Assembly: GCA_964618695.1 (NCBI GenBank)
Contig: CAZUDX010000001.1
Location: 73,843 to 137,842 of the forward strand
Length of the DNA: 64,000 nucleotides
Direction: 5' to 3'
DNA from: an uncultured Candidatus Bathyarchaeia archaeon
GTDB lineage: Archaea > Thermoproteota > Bathyarchaeia > Bathyarchaeales > Bathyarchaeaceae
In this document: in pieces, positions 44,585-53,096 of the stretch
Position numbering within the stretch: the first letter of the stretch is position 1
How the letters are laid out: each line of letters opens with the position of its first letter
The notes under the pieces: generated by a model
The model's input: only the letters and a program-made list of their open reading frames with translations
The model's database searches: none
What the model was told of the DNA's origin: nothing
Made by a program: the position numbers and the translations under genes

Positions 44585-46606
44585 ATGATAGATTGGACAA
44601 TTGCACCAATTGCAGCAACAGCCTCAGTACTAGTTGCAATTTACCTTTACTTCTACATAAACAAGCAAAGTAGCGGAACAGAAAAAATGAAGGAAATCGC
44701 AAGCGCAATACAAGAAGGCGCCAGAGCATTCCTGAAAGTAGAATTCAAATATCTCGCAGCCTTCGTTGCAGTCGTAGCTATCGCATTGGCTATATTTTTA
44801 GACCCAATTATGGGAGTAGCCTACGTTTTCGGCTCAATATGTTCCGCATTGTCAGGCTACTTGGGAATGACAGTTGCATTAAAAGCAAACGTCAAATCAG
44901 CCAATGCAGCAAAAAAGGGACTAAATAAAGCATTTCCCATAGCTTTCCGCGGAGGAGCAGTCATGGGGTTAGCCGTGGTTGGATTAGCCCTTCTTGGCTT
45001 AAGCGCTGTTTACGCGCTCACCGAAGACCCAAACATAGTTTTAGGATTCAGCTTCGGCGCAAGCGCCATGGCACTCTTCGCAAAAGTGGGAGGGGGAATC
45101 TACACAAAAACCGCTGATGTTGGCGCAGACCTTGTGGGCAAGGTGGAAATGAACATTCCCGAAGATGACCCCAGAAACCCTGCGGTAATAGCGGACAACG
45201 TTGGAGACAATGTAGGTGACGTGGCAGGCATGGGAGCCGACCTTTTTGACTCCTACGTAGCCAGCATCGTGGCAGTAATGATATTGGGTGTTATCCCAGG
45301 TTTAGCTTCTTTCGAAAACATTATGGTGAATGTGCCACTGATATTTGCGGGATTAGGAGTTGTGGCATCGATCTTGGGAGTTGCCATAGTTCGAGTCGGC
45401 AAACAAGGCAATCCTGGAAAAGCCCTCAACTGGGGAACATACTTAACATGCATTCTTTTCGGTGTCATAACGCTCGCGGTAACATATTATTTAGACATTA
45501 ATTTCGGCATCTGGGGAGCAGCGGTCATCGGATTAGCTGCAGGAGTCATTATAGGAATCACAACAGACTACTTCACTTCAATAGACAAAGCCCCAGCCAT
45601 AAAAACAGCCGAAGCCTCACAAACTGGCGCTGCCGTCAACATCATAACAGGCTTTTCTTATGGACTTCTAAGCATGTTTCCGCCGCTTCTGGGAATCGCG
45701 TTGGCTTCTTTTGGAGCCTTCACTGTAGCAGAAGCATATGGAGTTTCAGGCGTTTACGGAATTGGCATGGCAGCAGTTGGGATGTTATCTATCGTTGGGA
45801 TGATCGTTGCTGGAGACGCTTACGGTCCCATCGCAGACAACGCAGGCGGAATCGCAGAGCAGGCAGGTTTAGAAGAGGAAGTTCTAGATATTACGGCTAG
45901 GCTTGACGCAGCTGGAAATACAGCTAAAGCCATAACAAAAGGATTCGCGATAGGAGCAGCAGGATTAACAGTAATTGCGTTGCTTGCAGCATTCCAAGAT
46001 ATAGTTCAAGAAGCAACTCAGCAAATAATCAGCTTCAACCTTATGGACCCGTTAGTTTTGACTGGAGCACTTATCGGCATCGCTATACCAGCTGTGTTCT
46101 CAGCTTTGGTTATGCTTAGCGTGGGCAAAAACTCCTTCCGTATGATAGAGGAAATCAGGAGACAGTTCAGAGAGATTCCGGGTCTAAAAGAAGGAAAAGA
46201 GGGAGCGAAACCAGACTACAAAGCGTGCGTAGACATAGCCACAAAAGGAGCATTGAAAGAGCTTCTTATCCCAAGCGTCATGACTATAGTGGTTACGTTG
46301 GCTGTGGGATTCATCGGAGGCATACAAGCTCTCGGTGGTTATCTTGCAGGCAGCATCTTCTCAGGACTAATCTTTGCCCTGTTGATGTCGAACGCTGGTG
46401 GATTATGGGACAACGCCAAAAAATACATAGAAGCTGGAGCTTTTGGAGGAAAAGGTTCAGAGCCCCACAAGGCTGCTGTTGTAGGTGACACGGTGGGAGA
46501 TCCTTTCAAGGACACTGCAGGACCTTCATTGAACACGATGATAACTGTGATGTCTCTGGTAGCCTCGGTGTTTGCTGAGACAATCGTCTTGTATGCCTTA
46601 CTATAG
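44585..46606 (+). CDS. hppA: Membrane-bound proton-translocating pyrophosphatase, K+-independent-type signature
   Basis: About 673 aa. Motifs [29 protein letters not shown] and [19 protein letters not shown] carries Lys/Thr where K+-dependent enzymes have Ala/Gly. Confidence 0.9.
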   Translation: MIDWTIAPIAATASVLVAIYLYFYINKQSSGTEKMKEIASAIQEGARAFLKVEFKYLAAFVAVVAIALAIFLDPIMGVAYVFGSICSALSGYLGMTVALKANVKSANAAKKGLNKAFPIAFRGGAVMGLAVVGLALLGLSAVYALTEDPNIVLGFSFGASAMALFAKVGGGIYTKTADVGADLVGKVEMNIPEDDPRNPAVIADNVGDNVGDVAGMGADLFDSYVASIVAVMILGVIPGLASFENIMVNVPLIFAGLGVVASILGVAIVRVGKQGNPGKALNWGTYLTCILFGVITLAVTYYLDINFGIWGAAVIGLAAGVIIGITTDYFTSIDKAPAIKTAEASQTGAAVNIITGFSYGLLSMFPPLLGIALASFGAFTVAEAYGVSGVYGIGMAAVGMLSIVGMIVAGDAYGPIADNAGGIAEQAGLEEEVLDITARLDAAGNTAKAITKGFAIGAAGLTVIALLAAFQDIVQEATQQIISFNLMDPLVLTGALIGIAIPAVFSALVMLSVGKNSFRMIEEIRRQFREIPGLKEGKEGAKPDYKACVDIATKGALKELLIPSVMTIVVTLAVGFIGGIQALGGYLAGSIFSGLIFALLMSNAGGLWDNAKKYIEAGAFGGKGSEPHKAAVVGDTVGDPFKDTAGPSLNTMITVMSLVASVFAETIVLYALL

Positions 46607-46615
46607 AAGTAGCAG

Positions 46616-47413
46616 TTAGATGGCTGCTTTGCCGGGGAGAGTCCAATCCTCGGTCACAAATCTCTCTTTTCTTAATTTTTTAGCCAGTTTCTGTTCGTAT
46701 TCTGTGAGTTCTTCTTCCACTAGCTGCACGTTTAGCACTTTCTCGAATCCTTTAACTAATGCGTGGTAAGCTTCGTCTGTTGTAAACTGGGACTCAAGCT
46801 CTTGTCTGGCAGAGGTCAATTTTCTCTTAGAGACTTCCAGCACATCGTTGAGTGTTTTTGCCCATGGAACCTTAAGGAAGGTGAACATTTTTTCGTGGTC
46901 TATATCCAGTAGGAATGTTCCGTGCTGTAGCAAGACGCCTTTTTTTACGGATTGAGCGTTTCCAGAGATTTTTTTTCCACCTATAGTGAGGTTGGGACAT
47001 CGTTTCGGGTCTGGGGGCTGGAACTCGGCTTTGGCTCCAAGGATTTTAACCGCTTCGTTGAGTCCACTGCATATTTTTTGGTATGCAGGAAGCATGTTTA
47101 AGGCCCCGCAACCCAAGTCGGCTGTTTTTGCAACTACACAATAGGTTATTTCGCCCTCCGAGTCGTGATATACAGCCCCGCCACCTGAGATTCTTCTCAC
47201 GATGTCTACGCCATGTTTCCTGCAGTTTTGCACGTGAACCTCGTTGTTGAGGTTTTGGAAGCGTCCTATGGAGACGGCTGAAGGCTTCCACATATAGAAA
47301 CGTAGGGTGTTAGGCACTTTACCTTCGATTCTGGCTCTCATGATTGCTTCGTCGACAGCCATGTTTGCGAAAGCGTCCCTAACTTCGAGTTTAAGAAGCC
47401 TCCAAACGCCCAT
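46616..47413 (-). CDS. lplA: Lipoate-protein ligase A / octanoyltransferase catalytic domain protein
   Basis: 265 aa. Motifs [12 protein letters not shown] and the [10 protein letters not shown] catalytic Lys motif. There is no C-terminal accessory domain. Confidence 0.85.
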   Translation of the reverse strand: MGVWRLLKLEVRDAFANMAVDEAIMRARIEGKVPNTLRFYMWKPSAVSIGRFQNLNNEVHVQNCRKHGVDIVRRISGGGAVYHDSEGEITYCVVAKTADLGCGALNMLPAYQKICSGLNEAVKILGAKAEFQPPDPKRCPNLTIGGKKISGNAQSVKKGVLLQHGTFLLDIDHEKMFTFLKVPWAKTLNDVLEVSKRKLTSARQELESQFTTDEAYHALVKGFEKVLNVQLVEEELTEYEQKLAKKLRKERFVTEDWTLPGKAAI

Positions 47414-47579
47414 TTCAGTGCCTCAAACAGTAACCAATACAACAATACGCTATTAAACATTAGAGCAACCACGAAAGCTAACGAGATAGCCTCTCCAAAT
47501 TCGGCAATCATAGTAGGAGACTAATAACAGCAGTATGGTGAAAACAAAATTTTTTCAGAAAAACAACCAAAAACAAAAA

Positions 47580-48044
47580 TCATTTTTCAGTTGTCTGTTT
47601 GACTGCTTTGTTTCTCTTGCTTGACACGACGCCTTTGCTGTTTTGGTATGACCCGTTGTAACCTTTCTTGGCTGTGCCCCCGAGTTCATGAAAAACTATC
47701 TGCACTATACGCTCCCCCTTTTCCAAAGTAATCGCCTTTTCGCTAACATTATGCAGATTAAGCGTCAACTGCCCACGAAACCCCGGATCCACAACAGCAA
47801 AACTGCCAACCACACCTTCCCGAGCCAAAGACGACCGAATGAACATATAGGCTGTCACGCTTAACCCCAACTCAACAGTCTCCAACGTAGCCACCAACTC
47901 GTAATCTTTCGGCTTCAACACAACTTTCTTGGAGATTCTCAAATCATAACCTGCAGGATTCAAGCCAGAAAGCTCAAAGGGTTCAAGCTTAACTTCTCCA
48001 GTTTTAATATGTTCCAGTATCTCCTCGTCAGAAAGCACAGTCAA
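47580..48044 (-). CDS. dcd: dCTP deaminase/dUTPase-family protein
   Basis: 154 aa. Motifs GYDLR, VDPGFRG and IVQIVFHEL. Confidence 0.8.
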   Translation of the reverse strand: MTVLSDEEILEHIKTGEVKLEPFELSGLNPAGYDLRISKKVVLKPKDYELVATLETVELGLSVTAYMFIRSSLAREGVVGSFAVVDPGFRGQLTLNLHNVSEKAITLEKGERIVQIVFHELGGTAKKGYNGSYQNSKGVVSSKRNKAVKQTTEK

Positions 48045-48091
48045 CGAACTTCACAGCCTTCCAATAGATAACCGCACAAAAAAGAATCTTT

Positions 48092-49042
48092 CTATAAAAC
48101 ACCAAGCTCCTGCAACAATTCACAGGGTCTGCACAAGTCTCCAACAGTTGGTTCCCCACACAGCTTACAATTCTGCAACTTAATTTCCTCCGCAAAACTC
48201 TCCAACGCTGGTCTGAGCCTCTCCATAGAATTGAAAATAGTGTATAAGGTTCCAGCATGTTTGTGCTCCATAGAATTAAGCATTGACCGTATGTCGTTTC
48301 TCAAGGCAGTTTGAGCGTAAGGACAAGTGATACTCTGAAACTCTATCCCCTTCAAATAAGCATAGAAGGCAATCTCCTTTTCCGGCACCTGACAAAGAGG
48401 CTTCACCCGCTGCACAAGTTTCGGATGAATCACAGTTAAAACAGGCTTTGAACGCGCTATCCGCAGAGGGTCACCGTGAACGATGTTGAGGAGCATAGTT
48501 TGGGTTTCATCGTCTAGACTATGGGCTGTGACAAGCTTGTCCACGCCAGCATCGCGCGCCATCGTGTTGAGAGCTTTCCTTCTGAGTACTCCACAGTAGC
48601 TGCAGGGTGTTAACCCCTTTTCTCCTCTCTTTCGGAGCAACTCCACGATTTCATCCAATTCGTACCCAAACAATTCCTTGAATGACGTGACCACATGGTC
48701 TACTCCAAGCTTTCTGCAGTTCCTCTCAGCAATTCTCAAAGCCTCGTCTCTGTAGCCTTTTACACCCTCATCAACCGTGCCTGCACTCAGAACTACAGCA
48801 GGGAAAGCCCTTTCGATCTTCGCCAGTATGTGAAGCAGAGTGACGCTGTCTTTGCCTCCGGAGACAGCCACCATTATTCTGTCCCTCTGATCCAACATTT
48901 CATATTTGGAGATGGTTCTTCGCACCTTGTCTTCTATGGTTTTGCAGAAGCATCGCCCACAAAGTTTCTCCCCTGAATAACTGCGACCAAAAACAGCGTC
49001 TTTCTTTCCACACAGCGTGCACACGGTCATGTTTTTCATCAA
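48092..49042 (-). CDS. PP-loop tRNA 2-thiolation protein (TtuA/NcsA family)
   Basis: 316 aa. SGGKDS PP-loop, N- and C-terminal CxxC zinc fingers, and a PCSYCG cluster motif. Confidence 0.8.
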   Translation of the reverse strand: MMKNMTVCTLCGKKDAVFGRSYSGEKLCGRCFCKTIEDKVRRTISKYEMLDQRDRIMVAVSGGKDSVTLLHILAKIERAFPAVVLSAGTVDEGVKGYRDEALRIAERNCRKLGVDHVVTSFKELFGYELDEIVELLRKRGEKGLTPCSYCGVLRRKALNTMARDAGVDKLVTAHSLDDETQTMLLNIVHGDPLRIARSKPVLTVIHPKLVQRVKPLCQVPEKEIAFYAYLKGIEFQSITCPYAQTALRNDIRSMLNSMEHKHAGTLYTIFNSMERLRPALESFAEEIKLQNCKLCGEPTVGDLCRPCELLQELGVL

Positions 49043-49307
49043 CTCACGTCTATGAACTAGGTTTATCTTCGCCTTTCTTTTATATTGTGTTTCAATGACT
49101 CACTGGCGAAAGCGGATGAATACGTGTAAAAGTGAGGTAAAAACTTGCCGATTTTTCTCCTTCATGAACATATATTCAATTTTTTTTGCTTTTCATGACT
49201 AAATTTTCATGGTTACGGAAATGTTTATATATGAATCTCCCATTATTTGGATGCTAATTGAACAAAAACTTTCGACACACGTTTGAACTAAAATAGGAGC
49301 TTTGAAG

Positions 49308-49994
49308 ATGAAAGTTGCCGTTTCTTGGAGTGGAGGCATGGAATCATGCTTGGCACTTCACAGGGTATTGAAAGAAGGTTATGATGTCGCCTACCTCGTT
49401 GTTTTCGTCGCCGAAACATGGCCCCGTTTTTGTCACCCACTTCCCATAATGGAACTCCAATCTAAAGCCTTAGGAATCCCTCTGCTGAAACTTAAAGTCA
49501 AAGAACCGTACGAAAAAAGCTACAGAGAAGCCATTTCTGGTTTAATAAAGTCGGAGGGCATCGAGGGCATTGTAACCGGAGACATCTATGTTGTAGATGA
49601 TTTGCATGGACGATGGATGGACAAAGTAACTGAAGGCTTAGACATATCTGTAATCATGCCTCTGTGGGATCAGGACACAAGCAAAGTTTTGAAGGAAGAA
49701 GTGGGTTCAGGATTCAAATCCATCTTCACCTGTTTGGGACAGCAGTGGTTCAGCGAAGAATGGCTCGGACGAGAACTTAATGCAACTTCTGTCAAAGAGT
49801 TGGAGGCATTAGCAAAAGAATCGGGTATGGACCCCTGCGGAGAGAAAGGAGAATACCACACCATGGTCATTGATGGACCACTCTTCAAAGAAGCCATCAA
49901 CATTTCAGAATTCAGCAAAGAAAAACACGACGACCGCTTGTTCATAAAAATCAACAAATTCTCTTTGAAGCCCAAGAAATCTCCAATAAAATAA
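49308..49994 (+). CDS. Dph6/MJ0570-like ATP pyrophosphatase (diphthine-ammonia ligase family)
   Basis: ATG 49308 lies 8 nt after AGGAG. Motifs VAVSWSGGMES, TGDIY and GE.GEYHT. Confidence 0.7.
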   Translation: MKVAVSWSGGMESCLALHRVLKEGYDVAYLVVFVAETWPRFCHPLPIMELQSKALGIPLLKLKVKEPYEKSYREAISGLIKSEGIEGIVTGDIYVVDDLHGRWMDKVTEGLDISVIMPLWDQDTSKVLKEEVGSGFKSIFTCLGQQWFSEEWLGRELNATSVKELEALAKESGMDPCGEKGEYHTMVIDGPLFKEAINISEFSKEKHDDRLFIKINKFSLKPKKSPIK

Positions 49995-50183
49995 GTTAAG
50001 GGAAAGCCCAACTAGTTACGGTGCGATGCTGGACTCGCTAAAAAATTACTTGGAAAAAGTTCTGAGAACAAATTTCCAAGTTTTGCTAATGTAGAGGTTC
50101 CGCAGGTCTTCTCACTCTTCTTTTATTCAAGATTACAGTGACCGCTTCTTTACATTAGTCAGTTATACGGTATCCTAGTTGAG

Positions 50184-50216
50184 AGAAAAAAAGAAAAAGG
50201 GGGGAATTGAGGGGGT
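50184..50216 (-). terminator. Oligo-T terminator of beta-propeller gene A
   Basis: The minus strand reads CCCCCCTTTTTCTTTTTTTCTCTC just after the stop. Nearly the same string follows gene B. Confidence 0.4.
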
Positions 50217-50218
50217 TA

Positions 50219-52672
50219 TTATTTCCTGAGCACTATGATGCCAATTAGGGCTATTATTATGAGTATGATAACAGCCGCTAGGATAGCTAACTCAATAGTG
50301 GTGTAGGCTGCTGGTTCTGGTTCAGGTTCTGCTTCTGCTGGTGCTGGACCAACTATTATGCCAGTTGCTGCGGATGAACTGCCATAGGAGCCGTCACCCA
50401 TGAAGGTGGCGATAAGAGTGTATTGTCCCTCTTCCTCAGGAGTCCATTCGAAGTCGAAGATACCATAGAATCCATCTGTCCATTTTGTGCCGAGGTTAAC
50501 TACTGTTCCATCTTGCTTCATAGCCATCAAATCAACTGGAACACCGTTAACTGCAGCTGGGCATTCTTGTTGCATGTGCAAGTATTCCATCCATGCTGTC
50601 ATGCTTTCTGGAGCAACACATGGAGTTCCTTCCTGAGCTGGTGTCATGTCTAGAACTGTGCCTTCTATAAGCACTTTTTGTCCCACTGCTACGGCAGTCT
50701 TTGGTGCGCTGATTGTTGTTTGGCTTTTTCCTTTACCGAAACAGTATAGTTGGTTGTCGTAGGCGTTGAGTCCTACAAAGTAGCCGTCTGCGACTACGTT
50801 GCCGTGGGATATGAACCATCCAGAGATGTTCCATACGGGTTGTCCGTTTTCGGCGTTAATGACGTGAAGTTTCTCTCCTCGCCATAAGGGTGTTTGTGGA
50901 GAGTGTTCACCGGTGGATGCCCAGATTTTGCCGTCTGCAGCGACGATTCCGCTGTAGTAGGGCCAAGTGCCGTAAGGAGTGTCTGCGCCAGCGTTGCCGC
51001 TAGAGTATACCCAGTCAACGCTACCGTCAGTGGGGTCGTGGGCGTATACTTTTCCGTCAAAACCAGTTATGTAGACGTGGTCGTATGCGATGAGTTGACC
51101 TGATGGGAACTCGCCCCAAGCGTCTTCTCTGGCGGGGCTAACCCATTTCTGTGCTCCAGTATAGATGTCAAAAGCGTAGGTTTTCAGTTGATCTCTCACG
51201 GTGTAAGTGTACATACCAAGGTCTTTCTGTCCGACATGGCTGTAGTCAAGCATTTGCCAAACCAAGTAGGTGCTGCCTTGCATAGTGCGGTTTTGGACCC
51301 ACATTTCTTCTCCTGTTGTTGTGTTGTAACCTACGTTCAAGAACCATCCCAGCCCGTTATAGATGGAAACGGCGAAGTTTGGTTGGTAATAGCGGACAAC
51401 GAGTACATCTGGATGCACTATTCCTTCATTGATGGCTCCTATTCCCGGATGCGCAGGTACTGGAACGCTCCATATGACTCCATCGTTCCAGTCAACCTGT
51501 GATTCACTCCAGGGTCGCCATTGGTCAAATTCAGTTGTGCCTGGCGTATCACCTGCCCTCGGGAGGCATTTGCTTGCGCTCCATAGGGTAAGATTGCCGC
51601 CAGCTAAGGTGTATGTTTGGAGGTCGCCTATGACATACTGTGATTCGAAGGTATATGTTGCGAATCTGGGTGTGCCTGACGTTACGTTAACTATTTCGGT
51701 GACAAGTTCTCCTGTGAACGCGTCGAACAATTTGTACGTCCCACCAAGATTCCATAGAAATGTTTGTCCACCATGTTGGTTAGGTGATTCGAATTGAGGG
51801 ATCCAGCCGCAACTAATCGTATCTTCTTCGTTTCGCCACAGCTCTTCTCCAGTCTGTAGATCTAGACAAGCAAAGCCTGGTCCCTGTCCTGCTGGAAACA
51901 GGTTATAGTAGTATTTTCCATTGATGACTGTCATTCCAGTTAGTTTCATTTCGTATGACATTCCAGTGTAGAAGGATGCGGACCCGTATTCTTCCCCGCC
52001 TATGAGGCCACCATCCGTTATCGGTCGTGTCCACATAATGTGTGGGGTGTCTGGTCCATCGTTGTTTGGAGCATAGGCACTGCCTTGGTCAAAGAATCTG
52101 AACTGGGTTTCGGCGCCTGCCATTAGCCAGTTGCCTGTAGAGTGGTACCAGTCTCTGTTCTCGCCGTATATTGGACGTTCCCAATAGTCGCTTGTAAACG
52201 GTACACCAGCCTCTGGCTCTACCATATCTTCCTGAACCTCAAGATCCTCTACGGTGCTGTCTGCAGGTGGATAGTAATCTCCACTTGCGAGTGTTTGTCC
52301 TGGGAAGTTGCTTTGGAATTTATATGTCCCGAGTTGGTCGGGCGTGTAATAAACGAAAACAAAGCCTACGGGATCAGCTGTGTACGGCCCTAAGGTTTCT
52401 ACGTCGTTGTTAGGCTTTGTTACAGTTATTGTAATGTCTTGCCATTTTTCACCCACACCTGTCCCTGCTGTTGCTGTTGGTGTGTTTTGAGAAACCCATG
52501 TGTAAACTACCGTTTGTTGATTTACTCCTGTTGGATTAGGAGCAATATGAAGGTACATCCAAACCTGAATCTCCCTTGGACTGGCAATAGGCAAAGTTGC
52601 TAGCACAGAAGCAGTCAGAACTAGAAGCAAAGCAATAGTAGTAGCTTTTGATTTGTTTTTTAGAATTTTCAT
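50219..52672 (-). CDS. Large secreted PQQ-like/BamB-like beta-propeller repeat surface protein, C-terminal TM anchor (paralog A)
   Basis: Start set at ATG 52672, about 9 nt after GAGGA. Has a signal peptide and repeated D..TG...W blades. The C-terminal Ig-like region is followed by a PAPAEAEPEPEP stalk, a TM helix and RK. Confidence 0.8.
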   Translation of the reverse strand: MKILKNKSKATTIALLLVLTASVLATLPIASPREIQVWMYLHIAPNPTGVNQQTVVYTWVSQNTPTATAGTGVGEKWQDITITVTKPNNDVETLGPYTADPVGFVFVYYTPDQLGTYKFQSNFPGQTLASGDYYPPADSTVEDLEVQEDMVEPEAGVPFTSDYWERPIYGENRDWYHSTGNWLMAGAETQFRFFDQGSAYAPNNDGPDTPHIMWTRPITDGGLIGGEEYGSASFYTGMSYEMKLTGMTVINGKYYYNLFPAGQGPGFACLDLQTGEELWRNEEDTISCGWIPQFESPNQHGGQTFLWNLGGTYKLFDAFTGELVTEIVNVTSGTPRFATYTFESQYVIGDLQTYTLAGGNLTLWSASKCLPRAGDTPGTTEFDQWRPWSESQVDWNDGVIWSVPVPAHPGIGAINEGIVHPDVLVVRYYQPNFAVSIYNGLGWFLNVGYNTTTGEEMWVQNRTMQGSTYLVWQMLDYSHVGQKDLGMYTYTVRDQLKTYAFDIYTGAQKWVSPAREDAWGEFPSGQLIAYDHVYITGFDGKVYAHDPTDGSVDWVYSSGNAGADTPYGTWPYYSGIVAADGKIWASTGEHSPQTPLWRGEKLHVINAENGQPVWNISGWFISHGNVVADGYFVGLNAYDNQLYCFGKGKSQTTISAPKTAVAVGQKVLIEGTVLDMTPAQEGTPCVAPESMTAWMEYLHMQQECPAAVNGVPVDLMAMKQDGTVVNLGTKWTDGFYGIFDFEWTPEEEGQYTLIATFMGDGSYGSSSAATGIIVGPAPAEAEPEPEPAAYTTIELAILAAVIILIIIALIGIIVLRK

Positions 52673-52720
52673 ATGTGTTTTCCTCAATTAGTCAATACGG
52701 TTTTTATATGTGGAATTTTT

Positions 52721-52740
52721 CTATACTTAAGCATTTCCCC
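52721..52740 (-). promoter_or_regulatory. Candidate BRE/TATA element of paralog A
   Basis: The minus strand reads GGGGAAATGCTTAAGTATAG. It sits at the same distance from the AATTGAGGA RBS block as the equivalent element of paralog B. Confidence 0.4.
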
Positions 52741-53070
52741 GTTACAGTAAAAGTGCAAAAAAGCCTACGTTATCGACACAAGAGCCAAAAGAAGAATCAA
52801 GACTGAAAACGAAAACTAAAAGCCCTACACCTAAACTACAAGTTGATACACAAAACCTTCCTCAAATCCTCTAATACAATTTGAAATTGCACCGCCAATT
52901 AACTCACTGGGTTGGTGAAAATGTGTGCTGAATCCCTCACAATTTTTGTAGAAAAAATGGAAAAACACCAGTTGTTGCCAACGTGAAGGCCTCGCAAGCT
53001 TATTCTTTTTTCATTTCGCAACTTGCGCAATCTCATTTGTTTTCGTTAGTGCTAGCACAGTCAAAATGAA

Positions 53071-53094
53071 AGAAAAAAGAAAAAGGGGAGATTA
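53071..53094 (-). terminator. Oligo-T terminator of beta-propeller gene B
   Basis: The minus strand reads CTCCCCTTTTTCTTTTTTCTTTC immediately after the stop. Confidence 0.4.
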
Positions 53095-53096
53095 TT

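Noticed and set aside
52673-52687. TTG-initiated N-terminal extensions of the two beta-propeller genes (also 55812..55829), and of the ATPase (44338..44454).
   Set aside because: For the beta-propeller genes, the supposed TTG start is part of the AATTGAGGA Shine-Dalgarno block, and the downstream ATG gives a canonical signal peptide. For the ATPase, the extension has no homology to P-type ATPase N-termini.
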